60,573 nt of DNA from Catajapyx aquilonaris (GCA_000934665.2 KZ538582.1:1-60573), one strand, 5' to 3'; numbered from the stretch's first letter, positions 40,701 through 51,485 are shown. Notes: generated from the sequence alone by a model not told the origin. Made by a program: numbers and translations.

Positions 40701-43700
40701 GTGTCGGGATCTGAACATTGCGATCAAGTGCGATCGTCGCGGCAGATCAAGACGCCAGGTGGAAGATGAAGATGTGTACGACGTTAGCGTTAGTTTTCCC
40801 GCTGAAAGGTAAGTCGCCTCTTGAGTTCACTTGCTTTTCCGTCAAAGACTGACATTACAACCAGACTATGCAAGAGCCGTACTATGACAATGACATTTCT
40901 ATTTGCCTGCCGTATGTTGTTGGGGAAGTTGAGTTTTTCAATTGCACTTGTTGTTTCGCATGGTATTTTTTTTAGCACCCTTCTCAAATTTGTGTTCGAT
41001 CTCTGTTTGCACCTCCAGACACTCAATCACACGACGACAAGCCAAAGACGCATACTTAGTGGAACTCTCTTTTGAAGCTGTCAAGTAAGCATGTGTCTCC
41101 TTTCCTTTTTTGTTGCACCTCTTTTTACGCGTAATTGGGACTTACGGTATGTTACTGATTAATTATCTTGTACTCTCTATGTATTGTTTCTGATTTTGCT
41201 CAATCACCGTATCTCTTTATAGAATGTTGGTATCTCTTTAGTGTCGTTTCTTTATCTACTCCGACATCATGTGTTAAAAGCCGCATTTACATGCGAGCGA
41301 TTTGATCAGTGATGTGCAGCGATGTAACAATCATGGTAAAATATGCTTTCCCTACAAACACTAGGGGACGTACATCACTGCATGTCAAATCGCTCACATG
41401 TAAATGCAGAATTGTTAGAAGAAGCTTGCAGAATTTTAACAGCATTGTTCTAACGCCGCATTTCTGAACATTCAGCGACCCAGTGACGAACCTGAACACA
41501 AACGAGCGCTCAACAATCCGTCGACTCCTCGAAGGAATTATCCTGGAGCAAGAAGAGTTTGATGTTCGGGATATCCTTCCAAACACCCTTCCAGATCCGT
41601 CCAGCTTATCCCTTGAATCGGACTACGCATGTCCAGAGGGACAGGTCGTGGTGCCGCCTGATTGCGTCCCATGTGCGGCTGGAACATTCTTCCATCCGAA
41701 CAACAAGACCTGCAGTCCCTGTCCTGTAGGAACGTACCAGGGTCAGACCGGACAGTTGCAGTGCCTTAGATGTCCAGAGATTGCTGGACGGAGAGGTGTC
41801 ACTCTTGGGACTGGGTCGAGAGGTGCTAGCGAATGCAAAGAGAGATGTCCGCCTGGTAAATTCTTCGACGATGAAACCGGGTTGTGCCGTAGCTGCGGAT
41901 ATGGGATGTACCAACCTGAAGAGGGTCAGTTTGCCTGCCGCATTTGCGGATTAGGAAAGACGACCAAGAGCGTGGAGGCCATATCTGAAGAGGTCACTAT
42001 TGTACTTTTCTTTGAGGCGATGGATGGGAATAACCCTTGCTTCCTCTCCAGGAGTGCCGTGAAGAGTGCCAATCTGGGTTCCAGCTTGCGTCTGTAGGAG
42101 AATGCGAGTTGTGTCCCAGAGGCATGTACAGGAGCCAAGGTCAGCAGGCAGCTTGTGTTGCCTGTCCGTCAGACAGAACCACTCCAAACACCGGGGCATC
42201 ATCCGTCGAGGAATGCACTTTGCCCATATGTCATCCAGGTTTGTTAGCAAAAGACATGTGCAGATAGGGTGAAATACTGACTCCGCCAAATTATTTCAGG
42301 GAGCTACTTGAATTCGACTGAAAATCGTTGCCTGTTTTGCAAGAAAGGAACGTATCAGACGGAATCGCAACAGACTACTTGCATCACATGTCCGGCTGAT
42401 ACCAACACCCGAGGGGAAGGAGCTGTCAGTATTGCTGTGTCAGCTAAATGATGTGACATCTCTAAATGTTTCATTTGACTTCTAGGTGAGCAAAGAGGAA
42501 TGCAGCAATCCATGCGACGTTGGCGAATCCGAGACCCTGTGCGACCCCAACGCCTACTGCTTGTTCGTACACGCCACAAACGATTTCAAGTGCGAATGCA
42601 AGCCTGGATATAACGGCACTGGACAATTATGCGAAGGTACATCAATGGCCGATTCATTGATGAAACAAAATTTTGTAACATGTCCCACTTACAGATATGT
42701 GCCTGAACTTTTGCCAAAACGGCGGCAGCTGCCACAAGGACAAGCGAGGCCAGCCGTACTGCACGTGCCTCGGAAGCTTCACTGGAAGGCAATGCACGGA
42801 TAAGTCAGAGTTTGCCTACATTGCTGGTGGTATTGCCGGTGCGGTCATCTTCATCATCATCATCGTTCTGCTCATCTGGATGATTTGCATCAGGTAAGTC
42901 GTCGTCACTGTAACATACTAAAACTGCATGTTTTTCAACATCTTTACACCAAGCATGCCTCATAAAACAATTTGCACTTAATCTAATTACTCTTTAACAC
43001 CTCATTAGTCGCACACTAATCAAAGCACCTGAGACTGAAGCCGAACCCTAGTTCCTGTTTTCTTGAATAAAAAAATTAACTATAACTTCTCTGGCTCATT
43101 TTCTTGCATGTTCTTTAACTAACATCATTATTCTCCTTTAATCATCGCAGTGTGCTTCAATTTTTTTTTTTCGGCTTGACATTGTTTTCGCTCTCTAGTG
43201 CGTCAGTTGATTAGATGCCTATTAGAGGCAATTATACTTAAGCAACAGAGTCGTAGGTAAGCATACGCTTGCTAGATTCACAAGGATAATATTAGATTAT
43301 TCGCATAGATTATTCGCAGATAATATCTGCCATAGTCGCAGATGTAGTTATCAATTTGAATGCAGCCTTTTGTAAGATTCGTAAGCATAACAAATTTGTA
43401 TCGGTTAATCAGGGTGTAAATTAATACTATGCTACGTAAGTACAGACGCGACTTAATTAGGTGTTAATTCCCATTCCGATTTCCTGCAGGACTTCTCGCC
43501 GCAAGGAGCCGAAGAAGATCCTGAGCCCTGCGACTGACCAAAACGGGTCGCAGGTCAACTTCTACTACGGTGCTCCTGCGCCATACGCAGAGTCCATAGC
43601 GCCCTCTCACCACTCGACATATGCCCACTACTACGATGACGAAGAAGACGGTTGGGAGATGCCCAATTTTTACAACGAGACTTACATGAAGGGTGAGGAA

Positions 43701-44885
43701 GGTAGTTAGGACTCCTTTTTTTTGGCAGTAAAAAAAAGGCGGATCTGCTTTGGGCCAGATTTGCAATTGAACTTTGTGATTATTTTCACGTTTTCTTCGT
43801 AGAGGGACTTCACAATGGAAAGATGAACAGTCTGGCCCGCTCTAATGCCAGTCTGTACGGAAACAAAGAGGATTTGTACGACCGACTCAGGAGACATGCA
43901 TACCAAGGGAAGAAAGGTAAACACTGATAGACCTTGCCGAGACGTTCAATTGCGTGGTAGGCATGACTGATGACAAATGACGGACTGTCGTATCACTATA
44001 GTCAGCGCAAAAAAGGATTACGAAACTGCCAGAGTCGCAGTGTAATTAACAGTCCAATTGAAGCGATGCATCTCGAGCAAACTGGTCAAACTAGTCCTTT
44101 AATTTGCTAGCGATAACTTGATTGACCAGGCTTAACGAGTACCAGATATATTTAATTAAACAAATCAACCGACAGGAATGTCACCAGATTAATTTAACGT
44201 CATGAAAAGGCGGCATGACTGCCGGCTGATATGTTAGAAAAGTATGTAGAGAGTTGTGATTACATTGCCACAACATATTATATACATAATAGTTAATATA
44301 TTTATTAATAATTGTAATATTTACGTTTTTGAAGACTCACGACAAATCGTACCACGCAATTCAATTTCGTGCATGCAGTAAATTAATGGCTCAAAATATT
44401 TGCCTGCATGAAATCGAATTTTGTAATGCTGTTGTTACAGTATGTCCTTTTTAAATGCCTTTGAAAATAATTCTATGAGTACGTTATAAAAAGGATTTAT
44501 TGTAATCGCAGTGGAGAAATTTAAAAAGAAGTCCACATCCATCATCATTTTTTGACGTTTTTTTTTTTGTAATGAGATTAACAGTCTGTTGTAATATAGG
44601 TTTTAAGTTATCATTTTTTCAGGAGACTTTTATTGTTTGCAAAATAAATTCTTATGTAATGTTCGTTTGGTATTAAAAAATCACGGTGACCACTGAATTG
44701 ATCCCTGTTCTGTTCATTTCAACTGTAGCATATGTACATAACTGGTAGTTAATTGGTATAGTAGTTAACTAGTTTTGTTTGTAATTAGACGTCCCTGATA
44801 ATGACAATTTTGCTTTATTATTGTGACTTGTTCCGTTGCAGACAAGAGTGGAAACGACACAACGAGTGACAGCGACGCCCAGTGA
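16643..44885 (+). CDS. uif: Uninflatable: giant apical type I transmembrane protein (about 3550 aa)
   Basis: Exons: 16643-16711, 17478-17505, 22622-22703, 24255-24433, 24524-24664, 24732-24961, 25315-25508, 25655-26019, 28908-29077, 30560-30728, 30823-31002, 31162-31344, 31427-31609, 31824-32000, 32075-32277, 32350-32664, 32938-33056, 33116-33308, 33374-33497, 33608-34092, 34155-34312, 34434-34861, 34920-35171, 35234-35600, 35660-35751, 35806-36026, 36086-36338, 36395-36727, 36789-37297, 37417-37543, 37611-38039, 38139-38466, 38523-38902, 38963-39131, 39206-39454, 39601-40142, 40205-40417, 40477-40632, 40691-40808, 41476-41992, 42052-42238, 42300-42424, 42486-42636, 42695-42893, 43490-43692, 43803-43916, 44842-44885. 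All GT-AG and phase-compatible, total 10653 nt. Domain order CTL-LDLa-3xCUB-sushi-EGF-FA58C-sushi-FA58C-HYR-Cys-rich-EGF array-LamG-HYR-Cys-rich-EGF-TM and the tail ([47 protein letters not shown]) are diagnostic of Uif. Confidence 0.96.
17011..17130. mobile_element. Foldback MITE in uif coding intron 1
   Basis: gggtcgaattttc...ccactgctagttactactaacttag pairs with ctaagttagcagtaactatagcagtggacgaaaattcgaccc (about 40-bp arms). Confidence 0.8.
17478..17505 (+). CDS. uif: uif 28-nt microexon ([10 protein letters not shown])
   Basis: ctctaatttttttacag| ... G|gtgagt; phase 0 to 1, exactly bridging the signal exon and the exon starting (G)[12 protein letters not shown]; supplies the first C-type lectin Cys. 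Confidence 0.85.
22622..30728 (+). CDS. uif: uif exons 3-10: C-type lectin, LDLa and three CUB domains
   Basis: [12 protein letters not shown]...[14 protein letters not shown] (CTL); [30 protein letters not shown] (LDLa); [31 protein letters not shown] (CUB). Confidence 0.93.
23790..24020. repeat. Local direct duplication
   Basis: tgaatacat...ttttgcaattttttttcgcaaagtccaaggtgccacca recurs as tgaatacat...ttttgcaattttttttgcaaagtctaaagtgccacca. Confidence 0.65.
29600..30255. repeat. Degenerate tandem array (about 150-250 bp units) in uif intron 9
   Basis: Recurring blocks tgactttcccaaYtggcaaatgtgc, ctttgcagattga..attacg and taactttgtgaacaattt, 2-4 copies each. Confidence 0.7.
30823..36338 (+). 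CDS. uif: uif exons 11-27: sushi repeats, EGF, two FA58C/discoidin domains, HYR domains
   Basis: [10 protein letters not shown]...WEKLPTC (sushi); [12 protein letters not shown]...WILVDL and [11 protein letters not shown]...CLKFELLGC (FA58C); [11 protein letters not shown] and [10 protein letters not shown] (HYR). Confidence 0.93.
32689..32886. mobile_element. Foldback MITE, family A copy 3, inside uif intron 16
   Basis: Ends acttccag ... ctggaagt; arms ggtagcagacctgaagctcaaaatagcctcca / tggaggctgttttgagctttaggtctgctacc; internal duplication of tgaagctcaaaatagcctcc-agagaggacctcc. Confidence 0.85.
36395..44885 (+). CDS. uif: uif exons 28-47: Cys-rich repeats, Notch-like EGF array, LamG/pentraxin, HYR, sushi, TM and cytoplasmic tail
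   Basis: CPAGTF/CPRGFYQ repeats; [20 protein letters not shown] calcium-binding EGFs; [13 protein letters not shown] (LamG); [27 protein letters not shown]; ends [14 protein letters not shown]. Confidence 0.93.
41019..41084 (+). CDS. uif: Candidate uif cassette exon (66 nt, phase 2-2)
   Basis: ctctgtttgcacctccag| ... AA|gtaagc; in frame (R)[21 protein letters not shown](N), similar to the end of the preceding exon. Confidence 0.7.
43199..43256 (+). other. uif: Candidate stop-containing alternative exon after the uif TM exon
   Basis: Long pyrimidine tract then ctctctag| ... TAG|gtaagc; phase-2 entry gives ...ICI-SASVD*. Confidence 0.45.
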
Positions 44886-45519
44886 GAAAACTCACTCTCT
44901 TGTCAACTACACTCAGGCCATAAGAAAAAAAAGTAACATGCAATAATAACTGGAAAGGACAATCAAGAATGGAAAAAAGAAACGAAACGTAACTGTGTGT
45001 GTGTGTGTGAACCGCACATGTGAACTAATTTATTCGATGACAAAAAAAAAAATGTTCCCCACCCGTTTTCTTTTCCAAGCATACAAACAACAATAGTGCG
45101 CATGTGTGTGTGTGTGAGAGAGAGAGTTTAAAGTGTGTTTTACAAGTGTGTATAAGTGTTATGGACAATTGTTATTATTTTTTTGCTCTCCCGAGGGATA
45201 CAATGGTTTTATCTTTTAGATGAACACTACTTTTTTTTTTCTCTCTCGATCTGTTCAGAGTGTATTTGATTCAGTAACATAATGAAGAAAAAAAATAATG
45301 TGATTTTAAGTCAGGTGAGTTTTATGGTCAGTTGTGTATTTCTCTGGAATCGTGACTTTTTACTTGTTTTTGCAGTAAAATTTACGGATCCCATAATACG
45401 GGGACGGAAGAGTTTTTTGACATATTTCCATCAATTTCTTTGTAGTTGTACGTCGACTGAATGTTATACGCCCACTGAATGTTATACGTCGATTGAACAT
45501 AAGTAGCACAAATCGACTT

Positions 45520-45592
45520 GGAAAATCCCATGGATATCCATCAGATATCCATTGAATCTCCAGTGGATATTTGGATATCCATGGGATTTTCC
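45520..45592. repeat. Palindromic mini-element
   Basis: Perfect 21-bp arms ggaaaatcccatggatatcca / tggatatccatgggattttcc. Confidence 0.75.
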
Positions 45593-45693
45593 CGGGTGAT
45601 TTGGGCTACTTGGGAATATTCAACATCGAGTGAAAGTTTTACGTTGCAAAGTACTGCACGATCATGGAAGGTGACAGAAGAAATTGAAATTAA

Positions 45694-45957
45694 CCCTGGA
45701 ACAGTGCCGTGCCTGAAAGTTACGTCAACCGTGCCGTGGGGTCTTTTCGGACCCCACGCCACATTTTAATTTTTCTATAATACTTTTCAATGTATTGACT
45801 ATATACGATCGTTCTTTGAACAATGCCTAAAATGATCGCTAATTATGTACTTCCTGTTATATACTGTAAAAAAATTGGCAAAAGTTCATTGTAATTATCA
45901 TTTTAATGCATTTTAATTCCTTGGGGTCCAAAAAGACCCCATGGCACGGTTCCAGGG
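45694..45957. mobile_element. piggyBac-type MITE with TTAA target-site duplication
   Basis: TTAA|ccctggaac ... gttccaggg|TTAA; subterminal arms accgtgccgtggggtcttttcggacccca / tggggtccaaaaagaccccatggcacggt. Confidence 0.85.
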
Positions 45958-47618
45958 TTAATTATCTGAAAGGCTCTACAGTAAACTCATTAGACCACTT
46001 GTCAGAAATAGTATGGTACTTGTAAGACGTATACAATAATATTACGTACCCGTACTGTACAAATAATTCATAGCATGTACCGTACAGTACAAATAATTCA
46101 TAGCAACAGCGTGGACCGTACGGTACCTACAAAAACATAAGGTGCAATTTTTTTTTTGGCTCTTACATTGATACTAATTGCACCAATATTTAGTGTAGGA
46201 CAATTAATAATTTTGTTAATGAGCTTAAGTAATAATTAGTCATGGATGATGGTCTGCTCAATTGGTGAGTACCATTGTGTACATTTTATTGCACGTCAGC
46301 AACTGGCTTTGTACATAAGTAGTACTTGTTCATAAAAGTAATCCTGTAAATAAGCCAGTAATTAGTTAAAAAAAAGAAGTGCTGGGTTCGTTCAGTCACA
46401 CCTTCGTGTAAGTTACGTTCGGATATTCTCACAGCGTTCGATATTTACTGCCCTTACAAAAAGCAAGTTTTCGAACGAGCTTGTGCATGACGTCAGATAG
46501 TTTCGTATTTGCCGAACGCGCCCCGTGTCACTTCCCATGATACCTAGCGCGAAATTTTGATCAAGTTTCAGCAAGTTCGATTACTTTTGCTTCGGATGTG
46601 CGTTGCAGGGGTCTCCAAGCGGAGTTCTGGGGGGGGTGTCAGGATGGGGGCCGCCCCGGGGCAGAGGATCGTCGGAAGGTGAGTACAAAAGATGGGCTGC
46701 AACAATAGAGCTGGGGGTCAACGGTAGAGGAGCCATACATGTTGGGCCGACACAATCTGACCTGATAAAATGCAACTGGGCATTTTCCATGCGAAGAGTT
46801 TTGATAAGAGAATGTCGTAGAACATGAAAGACATGCCTGGTGATAATTTCACATGAAAAGAGTCTCTGTTCTAGACAAGTTTCCATATTAGAGATTTAAA
46901 AAAATGCATTGCAAATTCTCAATTCGTACCAAACGAAAACTCTGTAATGGTTAATTAATTACTGGCAGGTTGCGCTTTTCTTCATTTATTCTGTGTACCG
47001 TACGCATTTCCAAGTGATAGGCGTTGGTAGATTAATTTGCCGTCAGATGCTTACAATGGGTGAGATAACGAGACTCCACCTCACAGCCGAGTCTGATATA
47101 AAATTTTATGGTGTTGTAAGCATTGTGCGGTGGAAAAGGAAGTTGGTCTGCACAGGCTCTATTGAGATTCAATTTTTTTATTATTATTACATCAACAGTC
47201 GGAATGCATGAAACTACCGGGTACTTGAAGGACGGATCAGTTACAGATCACAAACAGTCGATCCTTACAACTAGACTGGAATGAGATTTCACGGTAAAAC
47301 AAACAAGATAAAAAGATATGAGGTAACAAAACTAAGCCTCCGAAAAGAAAGGGCAAATAAAATGCATCTGGAAATAGCTGGCGTAATAACAACCGGTGCC
47401 AGACACATGATTTGATAACCTTGTCTGTCCTCAGACAAAAGACAATTCTTGGCACATTCCTCACCAGCTTAAAAGAGATCCGAAAATGATTGTCAGGTTG
47501 TTTTTTTTGGGGTTGGCAGTGGGAAGCACAGACCTCGGCAGTTAAAAGGCATGTTTGCCCTACCCAAGCCTTTTTCTGCCACTGCAGTCATTTTGGTTGG
47601 AATGATTAGTTTCCACTC

Positions 47619-50600
47619 TCATTGCCTGATTACGAGGATGAAAACTACCGACGCAAACGAGGAAATGGCCAGGAGTAATGGGCTGGCAACTGGGTTGCCT
47701 GGGCTGCGGTTGCATCCATCTGTGGTGCAGGTGTACACACAGGAGCGGTACTCCAAGTTGTCACCTTCTCTTTTGATGTACTCGCAGTAATTGCCTAGGT
47801 CCAGGGCTGAGCAGAATCGCTGCGTTCCAAGTATTCCTGTCAGGAAATGGGGCTCACGTTAGTGGAAATTATGCTAATGAATACCCGAAATTAACTAATG
47901 AGACAAAAGACTGGTGGTCATATTTGTATGAAAGAAATTTGCTTACATAGTGTGTTACAAGTGTTATAATAAGTCTAGGATAGCATTTAGCAAGCCGCAG
48001 CTTATCTTGAGATTATTCTTATTGCCCTGCAAACTTGGATAATAATGTTATTGGATAATTGAACATGAGCTAGAACGAGCACTAAGAATAAACAAAGTGC
48101 TCAATTATTACAAGTTTGAACGTGATTTTTGTAACAAGGCTTTCATAGAATGAGTCGAGAATGCCACATATTGTACTGGCGAATTCCATTACGACCATGC
48201 CTATTATTTGAATCATGTCGGAATGCGGGCCAAGGTTTTCTGAGAATTCCCAAGACGCTTGTCAGGCACAGGGATTGTTACTCACACATAAAAATATTTG
48301 TTTCTCACATGTGCAACAACGCTTTATCGCATTACAGTGCAAAACATTTTGTAGCGTTAGTCAGAATTGAATTGAATTCACGATGAATAATAAAGAGCAT
48401 GTGAGTCGTTTCCTTCTCCTAAGGTAATATTTATAGAAACATTTCATTTCCTGATAGTACGTTTACACTCGGACTCACTATAACATAACAATCATAAATT
48501 CTTACTTCTTGCATGCACTTAACTGATACTTTTCAAAATTAGTACACAACCAGCAAAACAAAAAGTGCATAAGAAACTTATTACTTGCAGGCGCTTGCAG
48601 GTCACAAAAAAATTAAATATAACTACAAAAACTTGCGCAACATTACGTAAAAATTTGAACAGGCAAACATGCGTAACAGAATAATCAATTAAGGCGAAAT
48701 ATGAACTTCAATCAGTTTGACAATCCTACATAAAATCTGCATTACAGTACTGTGGTCTCAAATTATCGTCATGCTCTTCCTGTAGCAAGCATCTATTAGT
48801 CACAAATGATTTTTGAATTATCGGGGTATGAATGCAAAGTGACAAAAGTGTACAGGGAGTGCTTGGTAAGGGACATAGCACGACATAAAAGCAGACGTCC
48901 AGCAAAGTACAGCGACGACAGCAAACAAAGTGAACAGCGTGGCTACCTTTATACACGCCCGTGGCTTTAACACAATACATGGCTTCGAATATATCGTCAC
49001 AACTCTGGGGAGAAAGCCCAGTGTCGTCGAAGTTTTCTGAGCAGGCATTGCTCTGGAACACGTCGCAACGATAGCACTGGATGGCGTTGACTGAAAATGT
49101 CGTTTGAAGAAAAAAAAAAGCAGGGGCATGGTTACTACAAGCTATAGACATGCTATGTGGTGCGAAGGTGCTATAAATCAGGCTTACTAAACTGACAGCA
49201 AATAGGCAACACCGGTAACCACGTGAGATGCAAATATGGCAAGTGTGTGTGTGTGCGTGTCGGAAATATACTTGATAATGCATGCGCAATTGCACTGTAA
49301 CCTTTTTAGAGCACCTTCACATTGCTTACACTTTAAAAACTTAACGACAATATATTCCGCGGCTTAAGCGAGCATGTAATCGCTTGAGCCTCGGGATGAC
49401 AGCTTATCGACTATCACCTTCATAAGTTCCGGTCGCTTTGACACAATACTGCGAACCATAAATGTCATCACAGGACTCGGCTACGAGGTCTGTGTTGGAA
49501 GCGAGACTTTCGGCGCACTGAAAGGTCTCCTGGCTACTACACCGGTAACATGAGATGCTCCAAGCTGCGAACGCAACAAAAGGTCAAAAAATTGCGTAGT
49601 GTCAAAGACCATCACTATTCAAGGCACAATGGATGGAAAAATTAACAGTTGAGAGAGCGCAACTTCCTGTGGATGCAGGATACAGCATACGTGCTTCACT
49701 TAATAGCGGTTCATTTTATCCAACTGTAACACAGCTCACTTTTTTGTTTTCCCAAGGAAGTGAATCAATACGAGGATCCAATTAGGATCTTTCCTCCCAC
49801 CCAAGCTCCTGTTTAAACAGGAACCCCTTGGATCGTATGCTAATTTTCTCATGCCCAGAGTGCCTTTCTCGGTGGGAGATTAGAGGTTAATGCAATTGAG
49901 CTAAGACGGTAGAAAAAATAGGTCTGAAACTCAAATGGGAAAGTTAGAGAATTTACATAGTGTGGATTTATCGGGGATGAATTTATGGATCACATGCTGC
50001 TCGGAAACCTTGAACTAATATCGCTGCAGGTATTATTGGCAACTACTTTGCGGTACAACAAATACTGTCATTTTATCATCATTGCACTTTATGTATACTT
50101 TTAGCGTTTCGAAAAGTTCGCAGGCTTGTTCCTGAAATTCATCCCTTTGTTTGGGTTGTCTAACAACTGCAATGTCTGGCTGTCTATCGCTGAATCGAGT
50201 TGTGCACTTGCATCTATTAGTCTGAAATATGCGCAATGGTAAGCCTCGGAAGTGGTCAAGGAACTACGGCTGTTACTGTGTGCATGAATGTGCATCGAGG
50301 CATATTTAAAACCACGTTTTAACAACAAAAAATGGTATACAATCCTGGTTCTTACAAATGACATTTACAAACGATATGCAATCTAGTTAACCATGTAAGT
50401 ATTCTGTAAGTGAAATCCTGGATAAAAATTTTGATTACATTTCAACCATCATGCAAAAATTCATAACAATTTTTACAAACATGACATTTACAAGCAATAC
50501 GCAGCCTAGTTAACCAACTAAGTATTCTGTAAGCAAAATTTTTATTGTACATTTCCGCTATCATCCGATTTCGGAAACACACAAAACTGCTGCTATGATT

Positions 50601-51092
50601 TCAAGGATGGTTAAATTTTCAAATATGACTTTAAACAGCACATAACATGATTGTAAACAGCATGCTCAAATGCCCAGTCAACTTAGTCTGAATTTCGATA
50701 TGAATCCAACAGCAACATTCCCCGCATACCAAGCCAATGAGCAACATCGCAATATCTGAGAACTACATGAATCACCCTAGTGCGCTAGTGCTTACCCCAT
50801 TAAATAATTAGCAAAAAAAAAACTGACATATTTGATTGCCAACTAATTTTTCCTCGACATAGGAAGCTTGTTGCACTGTCGGTATGCTTTTGACCTGTAC
50901 TTTTGTAGTTTCATACTGCAAGCTGATCAATAATTAAACAGACAGCAATGACTATCCACAAATACAATTAAATACATTAAATTGTTTTTGTCTAAAATTA
51001 AGGTGTGGCACCCCCCTCCACCAAATATGCTCACCTGTCCTTGCAAACACAAGTGCCAAGAGGGTACTGAGGGCCAACCTGTGACAAACCAT
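47619..51092 (-). CDS. bou: Ly6/uPAR three-finger, GPI-anchored protein, boudin-like (139 aa)
   Basis: Exons 51092-51035, 49090-48947, 47836-47619 (phases 1,1; 420 nt). MVCHRLALSTLLALVFARTVNAIQCYRCDVFQSNACSENF...YCVKATGVYKGILGTQRFCSALDLGNYCEYIKREGDNLEYRSCVYTCTTDGCN plus hydrophobic GPI signal. 10-Cys LU pattern. The RFCS..DLGNYC.Y...GD..YRSC.YTC..DGCN signature matches the boudin clade from memory; the symbol is less certain than the family. Confidence 0.88.
50353..50533. repeat. Direct duplication, about 55 bp, in Ly6 intron 1
   Basis: atgacatttacaa...ctagttaacca..taagtattctgtaag occurs twice about 123 bp apart. Confidence 0.7.
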
Positions 51093-51147
51093 TGTCTCTT
51101 TTCTCTCTAGAGCCCAGAGCCGGCAACAGAACCCAGCAGACCCCTCC

Positions 51148-51485
51148 AAACAGGTTTCCTCCACTTCTCTCTCAGGGAGTGGTTTTGTGAGGGGGTAGAA
51201 ATGGGCGGGACAGGTGCAGGGCTACTAAAAGAGGGCGCTCTTTTGTCGCCTCTAGCTCTAACGAGAGCAAGTAGACACATACAGCGGTATTTGCTGAGCT
51301 AAAACTGGGACTGGTTTTATTGACTCATCTTCAACATCGTTTTTAAATCAATTTGTTTATGTAGGGCAAAACTGGCAACGTTGCAAACATGCACCTGTTT
51401 ATTGCTGTGACGTCACTAGGAGGACAGGTTGATTCAAAACGGAAAGAATTTAACTGGAGGTTAAAAAAACTGTCTGGTTTTTATT
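51148..51485 (-). promoter_or_regulatory. Ly6/bou promoter and 5' UTR with Grainy head-type motif cluster
   Basis: AAACAGGTTT 51148-51157, ACTGGTTT 51310-51317, ACCTGTTT 51393-51400, ACAGGTT 51424-51430, TCTGGTTT near 51473; CRE palindrome TGACGTCA near 51408. Confidence 0.5.

Noticed and set aside
40848..40911. Additional cassette exon just after uif exon 39
   Set aside because: Available AG/GT pairs give stops or incompatible phases.
24255..43916. Many minus-strand and alternative-frame ORFs overlapping uif exons
   Set aside because: Shadows of GC-richer coding exons with no motifs or independent splice structure.
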